Of a stretch of 64,000 nucleotides of DNA, positions 44,405-55,605 are shown one piece after another. The translations under genes were made by a program, and so were the position numbers. Source of the stretch: a virus; the IMG/VR virus record IMGVR_UViG_2597490295_000013, positions 21,285-85,284 of that record; one strand, written 5' to 3'. Numbering within the stretch: position 1 is the first letter of the stretch; every line of letters starts with the position of its first letter. Below the pieces are notes generated by a model. It had not been told where the DNA came from, searched no databases, and saw only the letters and a program-made list of their open reading frames with translations.

Positions 44405-45091
44405 TTACGATTTTAATTTATTCCTTAGTTTTTCTAATATAAGATCAATTTCATTTATTATTGCTAAGCAATCTTGTATTTTTTTATCTTGTTTTTCTTT
44501 TTCTGAATCTTCAAAAAGTATAGAATAATCAATATTAAAATATTTACAAATTGCAACTGCATGAGCCATTGCTATTTTATCACGATAATTTTCATCTAAT
44601 AATTTTTGAGCATCTCTTTTATTAGTCATGAAACCATTTTCACTTAGAATTGCTGGCATTGTAGTATAACGGATTACATAGAAAGCTTTTTCTTTAACAC
44701 CTCTACTAATCATTCCTGTCGCTTTAATTAATTCATCTTGGACAAGTCTTGCTAGTTTTGGTCCCATGCTACTTCCGGGACAATTAAAAGTTTCTATACC
44801 AGTTACGCTATTCCATCCGCCACTACCAAAAGCATTGGCATGGATAGAAACAAAAATATCTGCATTCGTTTTATTTGCGTTTGAAACTATTTCACCTAAT
44901 GGCATATCACGTGTTTCACTGCCAACTTTAATCACTTCAAATTGACCAGTTTTTAATAAAAGTTTTTCAATTCTTTTAACAACTGCGATATTAAAATAAA
45001 ATTCTTTCATGTGGCTACCATCTATAAAATTTGGTGTACGTTTACCAGCTGTGTTCGGTCCATGACCTCAATTTAATGCTACTATATACAT
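44405..45091 (-). CDS. Endolysin, N-acetylmuramoyl-L-alanine amidase (Amidase_3; 228 aa, TGA at codon 8)
   Basis: AAAGGAG RBS; MYIVALN(W)GHG...MKEF...SIHAN...ILSENGF: all three Zn ligands and the catalytic Glu are present only with read-through. Confidence 0.92.
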
Positions 45092-45110
45092 TGTACTTCA
45101 CTCTCCTTTG

Positions 45111-45160
45111 GATATAAGATTCTTATATCTTATTATAACATAGTTTTTTTACTATGTCAA
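45111..45160 (-). promoter_or_regulatory. Consensus sigmaA promoter plus a 9-1-9 palindrome upstream of the endolysin
   Basis: TTGACA(45160-55)-17 nt-TATAAT(45137-32) with extended TG; GATATAAGA-T-TCTTATATC (45111-45129) between -10 and the RBS. Confidence 0.85.
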
Positions 45161-45277
45161 ACAGGGCAGCTAAGAATTGCGGTTGAATTAGATTGGGCGA
45201 ATATATTAAATCTTCTATCGATATTTTGAATATTATATATGGATAGAACTATGTCCAGTTTAAGAAAGGATAGTGAA

Positions 45278-45571
45278 ATGTTCGAGAAATTTAAAAATTT
45301 AGAAACATCAAAAAAACTTATAACAATAGTTACTATAATATGAATATTGTCTATTATTATTGGTTTTGTTGGACTTTCATTTGGTTTTGATTTCATCACT
45401 ATTATAAATGTTGTAAATTTAGATTTTTTAGTTATTCTTGGATACTATTTTACGAAAGCAGGAACTGAAAATGTTATAAAACTTACCAAAAGTTTTAAAA
45501 TTGAAGAAACTAAAGAACCAGAAAAAAACATTTATGATGGAATGGATAATAAAAACAAACAAATGCTATAG
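45278..45571 (+). CDS. Holin-like membrane protein (97 aa, TGA at codon 22)
   Basis: AGAAAGGA RBS; two hydrophobic helices and a charged C-terminus; next to the endolysin. Confidence 0.6.
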
Positions 45572-45581
45572 GAGGGATAAA

Positions 45582-46241
45582 ATGGGTGAATACACCAGTA
45601 TTATTGTAGCGATAATAGCCTTTCTATCAAGTATTATCACAGCTTTTATTAACAACAGATATAGAAAAGCCAAGAGAAAGAAAAAGTTAAATAATAAATT
45701 AATAAATCATCCACTTCATCACCGCATAAAAAGTTATAAAAGAAGATTCCTTATTGATTTCATATTAGGAAACAAAGGAAAAGAAATGATTTTTAGAGAT
45801 TTATTTATTAAAAAGTTTGAATTATGAGCAGATGCCTTATATGAGTTAGCGAAAGAAACGGATGATTGTATAGAGAATTGTCCTAACGCAGATAATTGCT
45901 CAATGATGGAAAAAAGAAATTTATTATGTTTTAATGAAACAATTGAAAAATTTAATGCATATCACTATGGTCCTGAGTATAGTGCGGAAGAAAGGGAAAT
46001 TTTAGAGATTGTGATACAAAGATTTAATATTTGGCAAAGTCATAGACAAAGATTTTTAGAAGAACAAATTATAGATATTTGTAATAATTCCATGATGTAT
46101 CCTACTTGCGAAAGAAAGCAAATTGCTATATTTGATATTTATATGGCGGTTTTTGCAATGACTCTGAATGATGCAATGAAAACAATAGAGTCTATTAATG
46201 GAGAATTAGATGGAAAGAGTTTTAGAGGACAAATAATTTAA
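45582..46241 (+). CDS. Membrane-anchored hypothetical protein of the lysis region (219 aa, 1 TGA)
   Basis: AGGAGG RBS; N-terminal TM helix then a basic stretch; fragments join in frame. Confidence 0.65.
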
Positions 46242-46256
46242 GATAAGAGGTGAGTG

Positions 46257-46904
46257 ATGCTAGATAATAAAACGATAATATTAGATATTGGATATATAGA
46301 AGATACCTCAAATAATCATAGTGAATTATGTCCTAAAGATTTTAAATTTAATATTAAAGTTATTAAACTTATTAAAAAAATTTTAGAATTAAATGGAGTA
46401 AATGTGGTATTAGCGCAACCTTTAAACTTTGATAAGATATCTTTAAAAGATAAAATTGCGTTAGAAAAAGAAGTAAAAGCGAATGGATTTATTTCTATTC
46501 AGATTAATAAAAATTTAAATAATAAATTTGATGATTGAATTTTTTATTGGCATACTTCACATGAAAGTGGTAAATTAGCTGCTTTTATAGATAGATCTTT
46601 AGATGATTATTTAAATAGTATTGACAGAGATATAACAGCATCAGCTCCTGGCTCTTGGAATGATTTTCAAATTTTGAAAGAAATAAATTGTCCAGTAGTA
46701 GTAATAGAATATAACCATATTTCTAAAAAATATTCTACTATAAAATATGCGTTATCTATTTCAGAAGGAATTATGCAATTTTTAGATATAAATTATATCT
46801 TAAAAATAAAGAAAAATAAATTAGTAATATTAATAGAAAAAACTATATATCTATTAAATAAATTATTAAATAAAATATTAGAAAAGGAGGAACATAATGA
46901 TTAA
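46257..46904 (+). CDS. Amidase_3-fold protein lacking the zinc ligands (pseudo-amidase; 215 aa, 1 TGA)
   Basis: IILDIGYI (for DxGHG), KDFKFN (for xEF.FN), FISIQIN (for SIHAN), ILKEINCPVVVIEY; fragments join in frame. Confidence 0.6.
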
Positions 46905-47262
46905 TTGGTCTTTAATTTTAGCTTTTTTACTAGTTGTTGCATTAGTTAGTTATTTTCGTTATGGAGCACCTTGGCTAAGAGCCAAAGGATTTGATTACTA
47001 TAGTGAAGTTAATTTAGCTTTAATGTTTACAGGTTATGCTTTTAGAGATGAAAAAATAAAAAATATAGCGGAAATTGCTCTTGTAGTAGTGAAAGGATTA
47101 GAAGAACTATCCTTAACTGCGACTGAGAAGCATGAAGTAGCTATAGTTGAATTAAGTAAAGAATTAATGAATGAATTTGATTTAATATTGGATGATGAGG
47201 CTTTAGATTTGCTTGTAAAATTAGCAGTAACTATTTTACCTCCAACACACATTCAATCATAA
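46897..47262 (+). CDS. Putative holin (LL-H-like)
   Basis: 121 aa; N-terminal TM helix, amphipathic C-terminus (EKHEVAIVEL); lysis region. Confidence 0.45.
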   Translation: MINWSLILAFLLVVALVSYFRYGAPWLRAKGFDYYSEVNLALMFTGYAFRDEKIKNIAEIALVVVKGLEELSLTATEKHEVAIVELSKELMNEFDLILDDEALDLLVKLAVTILPPTHIQS

Positions 47263-47295
47263 TAATAAAAATTACCTTAAAGGAGGAAAAGTTTT

Positions 47296-47733
47296 ATGGC
47301 TGTAACTGCTAAAATGTACGGGAATGCTTTATTAAAAGCACTATCAAAAGAAATCGATTTTTTAGTTGATACTATTAAAGTTGCTTTATTAGTCACTGGT
47401 TACACACCTGATCAAGATGCACATATTTATTGGGACGATGTATCTGCTAGTGAAGTTTCAGGTACTGGATACACAGCAGGTGGAGATACATTAGTTGGTA
47501 AAGGTTTAACTTATGATGGACCATCTAATACAATTAAATTAGATGGGACTGATACGACTTGGTCAGCTTCAACTATTACTGCATATTATGCAGTTGTATA
47601 TGTAGACACTGGTGTACCAGCAACAAGTGCTTTAATATGTTATATTGATTTCGGTCAAAATGAAATATCAAGCAATGGTGATTTCAAAATCACTTGGCAT
47701 GTAGATGGAATTGCGACTATCGTAGCATCATAA
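47296..47733 (+). CDS. Putative minor virion structural protein
   Basis: 145 aa; DTIKVALL..GYTP...EVSGTGYTAGG...DFG motif seen in phage structural proteins; followed by a hairpin terminator. Confidence 0.55.
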   Translation: MAVTAKMYGNALLKALSKEIDFLVDTIKVALLVTGYTPDQDAHIYWDDVSASEVSGTGYTAGGDTLVGKGLTYDGPSNTIKLDGTDTTWSASTITAYYAVVYVDTGVPATSALICYIDFGQNEISSNGDFKITWHVDGIATIVAS

Positions 47734-47806
47734 TCAACACAAATAAAGGATTATATTTTATATAATCCTTTTAAATTACATAAAATTAGATGAATGGAGG
47801 TGTAAC

Positions 47807-48430
47807 ATGGCTTGGGAATTTTTTGATTTAGGAGATCATTCGAATAAAACTTTAGGTACAATGAATGATGTAACTATAAAAAATTTAACTGATTTTCTTA
47901 CTATAATTGTAAGTGCTATTAGTGCTATTAATAATATGGATACGGAAATACCTTCTATAGATACAATTAGAATTGTAAATATTTCTAATGAAATTGCAGC
48001 TTCAACAAGCGATGCAAAGACACCTACATTAAATTTAGGTTTAAATATAAGTGCAGAAGTATCAACTTTAACAGCAAGTACGAATGAACCTAATTTAAGT
48101 TTAGGATTAAATGTAATTAGTAATACTGCAAATTCTAGTACAAATGCAGAAGTTCCTATTTTAAGTTCAGGATTAGACATCAGTGCAGAAATTTCAGTAA
48201 ATACTTCAGATGCAGAAGATCCTATTTTAAGCACAGGAGCAAGTATTGGTGCAGAAATATCAACATCAATAAATGATGCTGAGATACCTACATTAAATTT
48301 AGGTTTGAATATTAGCGCAGAAATATCAGTGTCATCAGTAGATATCCCTAGTGCAGTAATTACATCTATATTAGGAGCACCAATTTTAGCAGCAATTCAA
48401 CAAGATTTTAACATAGAACTAACTTGGTAG
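47807..48430 (+). CDS. Short 22-aa-repeat protein, paralogue of 48445-51876
   Basis: About six repeats of (D/N)AExPxLxxGLxIxAExSxS. Confidence 0.75.
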   Translation: MAWEFFDLGDHSNKTLGTMNDVTIKNLTDFLTIIVSAISAINNMDTEIPSIDTIRIVNISNEIAASTSDAKTPTLNLGLNISAEVSTLTASTNEPNLSLGLNVISNTANSSTNAEVPILSSGLDISAEISVNTSDAEDPILSTGASIGAEISTSINDAEIPTLNLGLNISAEISVSSVDIPSAVITSILGAPILAAIQQDFNIELTW

Positions 48431-48444
48431 AAAGGAGCAAGTAA

Positions 48445-51400
48445 ATGGCTTTAATTAAAACTTTTACATTTACCGGCTCTTTAGAGAGTTGGGTAGGTAC
48501 AGATGAAAACAGGGCGTATGCGGTTAATACATCAACAGATATTGGTTTTGATGCTCTTGGTCGTAATCAAGATGGATTACCAACTTGGGAATGGACTGGC
48601 ACTTGGGAAGATTTAGGGGCTAGTGTTGGAGATACAATAACAGATTGTCAAATAAGTTTTGATGGTGAAGTTGATGGATATGAAACTGTAGATACTGCAC
48701 AAGTAAAATTACAGATAACTGTTGCTAGTACTACATATGATTTATATACTTGAGAACCAACAACGACAGAATCTTATAGTACTAGGAATGGTTCTACTAC
48801 AGATTTTGGTGGTACGTCAAGTGCATCTAATGCAACTATTACAATAACATTCGCTGGTAATTTAGATACTGGTAATAGTGCAACTGGAGCACTTTCTTTT
48901 AATATGGATAATGTTGCAATAAGCGTAACCGCAGAAACAGCTGTAGATGTTACAGCAGTAACTGCAACAATTACTCCAGTAGATGCACAAATTCCTACAT
49001 TAAGTTCAGGATTGAATATTGCAGCATTGACTTCAACAATTACTCCGGTAGATGCACAAATTCCTACATTAAATGCGGGATTAAGTGTTAATGGAGTAAC
49101 TGCATTAAATACGAATGATGCAGAAATTCCTACAATAATTTCAGAATCAAATATAAATATTAATGGAGAAGTTTCATTAAATGTAAGTGATGCGGAAATA
49201 TCAGAATTAAATGTTGGATTAAGTATAGATGCAGAGGTATCAGCAGCAACGAGCAATGCAAAAGAACCTTCAGTATCAATAAATGAAACAATAAATGCGG
49301 AAATCGCAAATTCTAATATAGATGCGGAAATTCCTATTTTAAGTTCAGGGTTAAATATTAGTGCAGAAGTATCACCATCAACAAGTAATGCAAAAGAACC
49401 AATAATATCAATAAATGAAATAATAAATGCGGAAGTATCAACAAATACCTGTGAAGCGCATGAGGTAGTAGTTGTTACAGTTCTTGATGTAGATATAATT
49501 GCTGAAAAAGCTATATCTAATATTCAAGGAGAAAATCCTGTTATAGAAACAAAAAGATTTGTATCAATTGATTCAGAAGTTTCAACAGTTACAACTTCTG
49601 CAGAAGTCCCAGTTTTATCTACTTATTTAGATGGGTATATAATAGAAAGAAAAATTGGGGTAGGAAGTTGGGAACCTCTAAATAAAGTAACAAAAATTAC
49701 TAGCGATTATTTAGATTTAAGTTTGGAGACTGGAGAGACTTATACTTATAGGATAAAAAGAGTAATTGGTACGAAGGAATCTGCTTGGTCTAATGAAGCA
49801 CAAGTAACTATGGAATCTCTTGGAATAGAAGCTCCTACATCAGTTAACAATGTGAATGCAGAAGAACCTGTAATATCAGTAGAAATTGTTATAAATGTAA
49901 GTGCTATTAATGCTATTAATAATACTAATGCAGAAGAGCCTGTTATGAGCTCAATCAGAAATATAGATGTAAACGCTATAACTGCGAATTCAATAAATGA
50001 TGCGGAAATTCCTATTTTAAGTTCAGGCTTAAATATTAGTGCAGAAACTGCAATTACAAATATTAATGCAGAAGAACCTGTAATATCAATAAGTGAAACA
50101 ATGAATGCAGAAGTTGCAATAAGTACTTCAAATGCGGAAATACCAAATTTAAGTTTAGGTTTAAATATTAGTGGAGAGACTGTAATTGTAAATACTAATG
50201 CAGAAGAACCTGTTATGAGTTCAATCAGAAATATAGATATAAATGCCATAACTGCGACTTCTGATCAAAATGCGGAAGAACCTGTTATAAGTTCAATTAG
50301 AAATATAGATGTAAATGCGGAAGTTGCGAATTCAACAACTAGTGCTCATAGTCCTGCTATAGGTGTTACTGAACCTGTTGAAGTATTTGGTGAAGTTGCT
50401 ATATCTAATAGTAATGCCAATATTCCTGATTTAAGTATTATTGTAAATGTATTTGCTGAAAAAGCTATTTCAAATACTAATGCTAATTCACCTGTTTTAA
50501 ATGTAGGCACTACGATTGGAGCGGAAGTAGTAAGTGTTAATGCAAATGCAAATGCACCAGAAGTATCTATACATGCTACAGTTGAATCAGAATCAGCAAA
50601 TTCTAACGTGAATGCGAATACACCTATATTAAATGTAGGTACTACAATTAATGGATTAACAGCTATCATAAATACGGATGCAGAAGAGCCCGTTATAAGT
50701 TCAATTAGGAATATAGACGTGAATGCTTTAACAGCAATTGTTAATTCTTTTGGACAACAACCTATAATAAATGCGGTTAGAAATACAACAATTAATAGTG
50801 AAATAGCTATGTCAAGTATAAATGCTAATGAACCTACTTTAAATGTTGGTGTTATGATTGAATCAGAATCAGCAAATTCTAATACGAATGCTAATATACC
50901 TATATTAAATATTGGAGTTATGATTGAATCAGAGTCAGCAAATTCTAATGTAAATGCAGAAATTCCTATTTTAAATATAGGTGCTACAATTAATGGATTA
51001 ATAGCTATCGCAAGCACAGATGCGAAAGAGCCTATAGTAGAACCTATAAGAAATAAAGATATAAATGCTTTAACAGCAATTAATAATATAAATGCGAATA
51101 TTCCTACAATGAGTTTAGGCTTAAATATTTTAGGAGAAGTAGCAATTAATAATACATTTGCTCAAGATTCTATAATAGATACTACATGGAATATTTATCT
51201 TGATGGAGAAGTTGCAATTAATGCCGTCAATGCGAATGAGCCTATACTATCTGTAGCAACTACAGTAAGTGGACAATTATCAACTTCTATTGTAGATACG
51301 AATGATCCTACTATATTTACTATTTGGAACCTTTCAGTAGATGGTGAAGTTTCAACGTCTAGCATAGAAGCTCTTATACCTTATGTAGGTATTACTATTA

Positions 51401-51876
51401 GTGCTGATGTAGATACAGAAGTTAGTAGTAATATGGCTGGTCCGTATCATCCAGATATTTATACAGAAATTACAGATGTTGGTTATATTTCAGTTGAAGT
51501 AATTACATGTTATACATTAGGAGATTATTTTGGAACGCAATTATTTGATATGCTTCATATTTCATTAGCAGAATTAATTTGTAATTTAACTACTAATACT
51601 AGTTTAATGGAAGAAATATCAGAATCTAGTTTAAATGCGAATATACCAGATATATCAACGGGAACAACTATTTATCCTCCAGTAATTTTAACAGTAGTTA
51701 AAGCGAACAAGGCTGCAATTCTAGCGATTGTAGATGATACATTGCCTAAGATATGGAAAGTTAAAGTATATGAAAAAATTAGAAAAATTATATTAAAAAG
51801 TGAATCTAGAAATATAAATATAGTTGAAGAAACTAGAGATTTGAAAGTTTATGCAGAGGAGGGAAGACATGACTAA
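48445..51876 (+). CDS. Large 22-24-aa-repeat fibre-like protein with one fibronectin type III domain (1143 aa, 1 TGA)
   Basis: More than 30 repeats of NAE(I/E)PxxSxxxNIxAE; FN3 YIIERK...YTYRIK...ESAWSNE; fragments 48445 and 48904 in frame. Confidence 0.8.
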
Positions 51877-52192
51877 AGTTACAATTGGAGACACAGTTAG
51901 ACTTATTGTTGAATTTTATGATTTCGATGGAAATTTGATAGATCCGACAGATATAGTTATAACAATAGAAAACAAGCAAAGAGAAGTTTTAATAGAAATT
52001 CCACTTGATGCTGGAAGCAAATTGATAAACTCTGCAGGACTTACTCAAATAGGAAAATATTACTATGATTATACAACTACAGAAGTTGGTTTATTATACT
52101 ACTATTTTCAAGGTACTATAAATGGAACAACAGGACTAAGAAATGGAAGTTTCGTGGTTATGGATATAGATGGAACAGGAGGATGTAGATAA
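51869..52192 (+). CDS. Ig-like/BppU-like small structural protein
   Basis: Start ATG 51869 behind GAGGAGG; GDTVRL.VEF.D.DG.L.DP...GKYYYDYT pattern. Confidence 0.5.
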   Translation: MTKVTIGDTVRLIVEFYDFDGNLIDPTDIVITIENKQREVLIEIPLDAGSKLINSAGLTQIGKYYYDYTTTEVGLLYYYFQGTINGTTGLRNGSFVVMDIDGTGGCR

Positions 52193-52416
52193 TGACTATT
52201 ACTATAGAATATACTAATTATCCAGATATCATATCAATAATAACTATAGATACCAGTATAGAACAAAATTTCGTTATTTCTTTAACTGATGCGAATACAA
52301 TAGATATTCAAGCTAATGATAGCGGAACTACAGATACTGTTACAAATAGCATGTCAAAAGAAGAATTATTAGATATGATTAAAGTTTTACAACAAATGAT
52401 AAATCAGATGAATTAG
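52192..52416 (+). CDS. Small hypothetical protein
   Basis: 74 aa, coupled (TAATG); last gene of the rightward arm. Confidence 0.6.
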   Translation: MTITIEYTNYPDIISIITIDTSIEQNFVISLTDANTIDIQANDSGTTDTVTNSMSKEELLDMIKVLQQMINQMN

Positions 52417-52421
52417 AACAT

Positions 52422-52458
52422 AAAAATAGGAGTGATTAATTTCACTCCTATTTTTTTT
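52422..52458. terminator. Bidirectional terminator at the convergence of the late and replication arms
   Basis: A tract-ATAGGAGTGA-TTAATT-TCACTCCTAT-T tract; the same GGAGTGATTAATTTCACTCC core occurs near 25196. Confidence 0.85.
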
Positions 52459-52460
52459 AT

Positions 52461-53567
52461 TTATTCTATAAAATTTAATTTATCATCTAATCATTTACCG
52501 TTTACATCAATTTCACGAATAAAGATACGTTCGTTATTGTCAATATATTTAGTTTGATGAAATTTAAAAATCATTTTATTATTTTCAATTCCTATAATTT
52601 CTATTTTACCTTGAACATGTGACATAATTAATTTAAATCTTTTACCAATACCATTCAAATATTGTTTAGTTTCTTTTACTAATTCATAAGATTCAAGCAA
52701 TGTTTTTTGGAAACCAGCTTTAGCTCCTTTTACGGGTCTGCACTGGAATACATAGTATGGATTAATTCCGACTCTGGTTAATCCGTTTAATAGCTCCGCT
52801 AATACTTTAGGGTCATCATTTACACCTTTTAATATTACAGCTTGATTATTAATTGCAATACCTTTCTTTAAAAGCATATCAATCGCTCTTTTAGCTTCAA
52901 CAGTCAGTTCTCTAGGATGATTAAATTGTGTAATAATAACAATTTTTTTCTTATCATTATATTTAGCTAAAATATCTATAAGTTCTTGATCACCATAAAT
53001 TCTTTCAGGGAAAACTACTAATGCTCTTGTTCCAAATCTTATGAAATCTAAATGCTCAATCTCAACTAAATTCTTCAAATAATTTTCTATTTGTTCATTA
53101 CTCATACAGAATGAATCTCCACCTGTTAATAACACATTGTTAACTTCTTCATGTTCTTTTAAATATTTTATTGTTTCTTTCATTCTATTATTAATTTCAT
53201 CAGAATTAGATCCAACCATTCTTTTTCTAAAACAATGTCTGCAATACATAAAGCATGCGCTTGTAGTAAGCACTAAAGCTGTCGTACTATATTTATGTTG
53301 TAGTCCAGGCATTTTAGTATTTGATGATTCTCCTGATGTATCTGTGTCTCCCATAAGATCTGCTTCAAACGCGTTCGGGAAACATAGTTTTTTTATCGGA
53401 TCATTTGGATCATTTTCGTCTATTAAATTATAATAATACTTTGGAATACTCATAGGATATCTTTCACTAACAACTTTTAAAATATCTTTTTCTTCTTTAT
53501 CTATGTCCCATGAAACATCTTCAATTGCTTTTAAATTATCTTTCCATTTTTTTTCTCATGATTTCAT
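52461..53567 (-). CDS. KamA-family (lysine 2,3-aminomutase-like) radical SAM protein (368 aa, 2 TGA, the first at codon 4)
   Basis: GLQHKY, CFMYCRHCFRKR, VLLTGGD, IRFGTR, QFNHPRE, NQAVILKGVND, YYVFQCRPV; read-through gives a WLDD end. Confidence 0.88.
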
Positions 53568-53587
53568 TAATATTTGCTCCCTTTTGA

Positions 53588-54313
53588 TTAGTCATCTCAA
53601 TTCAAATATTTTTTTTCATTTAATTTACTACATCCAAATTTTCCAATACAAATAGCTTCTGCTTCGTCATCTGTAACTTTAAGTCCAAATTCTTTTAATA
53701 CATATAATTGAGCATTTCTTTTTAATTGTTGTCTATTAGTTCCTTTAATACCGCAGAACTTTCTTCATTCTGAACTATAAATAGATTCATACGAGATACT
53801 TAAAGCATGAGCAACTACTTTACATACTCCTAAAACCATTGACAACGTTTTAAATGTTCCTACATTTGATTCTAATTGTATGTCTTCAAAGTATACAATT
53901 TCTGGACTTTTCTCTTCAATAAAACTTTTCATTCATTTACTAATCATATAAAGTCTATGGATAGTATCCTTGCTAGCTGAAAAGTCAACTACCCCATAAC
54001 TAATTAATTTATTATTTTCTCAAACTGAATATCCTATAAGTCTTGAGGACTGGTCAAACGCTATCAATTTCTTTGAGTTTTTTGATTCTACGGGTACATA
54101 ATCATCTATTTTTATTTTTTCTTTTCTACTATCTGAGGTATTAGATATTTTTTCAATAGAAAGTTTACCGGTTTCATCGTATCTTTTTCTATATTTTTTT
54201 ATGGTTGCAAGAGAAGCATTCATTTTTTCAGCTATCTCTTGGTCAAAAAGGAAATCTTCAAACAATTTTTGCATTTCTTGTAGATTTTTTACAGATGGAT
54301 TAAATCTGCTCAT
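53588..54313 (-). CDS. ruvC: RuvC-like Holliday junction resolvase with an N-terminal HTH-like extension (241 aa, 4 TGA)
   Basis: LIAFDQSS...GYSV(W), VYFEDIQ, SSE(W)RKFCGIKG, DDEAEAICIG; mostly missing from the track because of TGAs. Confidence 0.8.
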
Positions 54314-54320
54314 GTTACAC

Positions 54321-54761
54321 CTACTTTCCAGTTGAGCCAAAACCGCCTTGACCTCTTTCAGTCTTTTCTAATTCTTTATAATCAGATACTTCTAAGAATC
54401 TACTAATTTCATATTTAGCAAAAATCATTTGTGCAATTCTATCTCCAACTTGTACAGTGTAAGGTTCATTGCTTAAATTAATTAAAGGTACTTTTAATTC
54501 TCCTCTATAATCAGAGTCAAGAGTTCCTACACAATTGATCATAGTAATTCCAAATTTTGCGGCTAACCCACTCCTAGGTCGTATTTGCATTTCTATGCCA
54601 ATAGGTAATTCAAAATACAATCCAGTTTTTATCATAACTCTTTCTCCTGGTTGTAAAGTAACAGTTTCTGTTGAATATATATCAGCACCAGCGCTGCCTT
54701 TAGTTTTATATTTAGGGATCACAGCAATAGCAGAATCCCTATAAATTTTTATTCCTATCAT
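54321..54761 (-). CDS. dut: Trimeric dUTPase
   Basis: GSAGADI, IRPRSGLA, GTLDSDYRGE, RGQGGFGSTG motifs. Confidence 0.97.
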   Translation of the reverse strand: MIGIKIYRDSAIAVIPKYKTKGSAGADIYSTETVTLQPGERVMIKTGLYFELPIGIEMQIRPRSGLAAKFGITMINCVGTLDSDYRGELKVPLINLSNEPYTVQVGDRIAQMIFAKYEISRFLEVSDYKELEKTERGQGGFGSTGK

Positions 54762-54965
54762 CTACTCTTCCATAACTTTCTTTAGTTTTACTAAATAAAA
54801 GTCATCGTAAATTTCTCCGCCTTTAACTTTTGTCTTATGTTGGCTGCCATAATCTTTTAATTCATATCCACCTTCACGTTGATTTTCTTTTGCTTTTTTA
54901 ATTAAATTTTCAGCTTCTGTTTCAGTTTCACATCTGTAAAGTTCTATTATTTCTTTTAAATACAT
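54762..54965 (-). CDS. Small conserved phage hypothetical protein
   Basis: 67 aa; AGGAGG RBS; abuts dut. Confidence 0.7.
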   Translation of the reverse strand: MYLKEIIELYRCETETEAENLIKKAKENQREGGYELKDYGSQHKTKVKGGEIYDDFYLVKLKKVMEE

Positions 54966-54976
54966 TCCTTTTCCTC

Positions 54977-55219
54977 CTAAAATATTTGTATTGTAATTCT
55001 TGAATTACTATATAGAGTATTCATTGTTCTTGGATTTATCATTTTAACATTCGATATATAGAGTACAATGTCTTCTGTTGAATCTTTTAATATATCGTTC
55101 ATATATTTCATTACAGCTTCTATCGTATTTTCTACAAAAATTGTGAATCTTTTATCATCATTAACAATTAATAATTCCGTATTTTTCGTAAATTTTAAAT
55201 TATTATAATAAATACGCAT
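54977..55219 (-). CDS. Hypothetical protein
   Basis: 80 aa, coupled to the upstream gene. Confidence 0.65.
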   Translation of the reverse strand: MRIYYNNLKFTKNTELLIVNDDKRFTIFVENTIEAVMKYMNDILKDSTEDIVLYISNVKMINPRTMNTLYSNSRITIQIF

Positions 55220-55593
55220 TATATACCTTCCTTTATATCTACAATAAAATTATCTGCATGCATTAAGCTATAGCATGAATCTTCTACCCAAAAATCAATT
55301 TTACCTTGGAATTCTTCATCAAAATCTGTATCTATTAATCTTATTTTACCTATATATTTTTCAATAAATTTAAATACATCACTAATCTTTTCTAAGTTTT
55401 TAAAAATTGTAAGATACATACTTTGGCTATCTTTATCATAAGGTCTTAATAGAATATATTCAGTGCTTTTATCAATTTTAAGAAATCCTTTATCAATTTC
55501 TCTAAAATGTTTTAATTTATTTTCAATTGAAATTTCTTTAGGCAAATTAGCTATAATTATTTCATTAAGAGTCATTTCATCTGTTTTAGGCAT
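55219..55593 (-). CDS. Hypothetical protein
   Basis: 124 aa; GAGGG RBS. Confidence 0.7.
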   Translation of the reverse strand: MPKTDEMTLNEIIIANLPKEISIENKLKHFREIDKGFLKIDKSTEYILLRPYDKDSQSMYLTIFKNLEKISDVFKFIEKYIGKIRLIDTDFDEEFQGKIDFWVEDSCYSLMHADNFIVDIKEGI

Positions 55594-55605
55594 TATGTCC
55601 CTCCT

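Noticed and set aside
46000-51100. Long minus-strand ORFs 47034-47252, 47836-48234, 48774-49256, 49746-50249, 50346-51017
   Set aside because: Antisense shadows of well-supported plus-strand genes, mostly the repeat genes; no RBS
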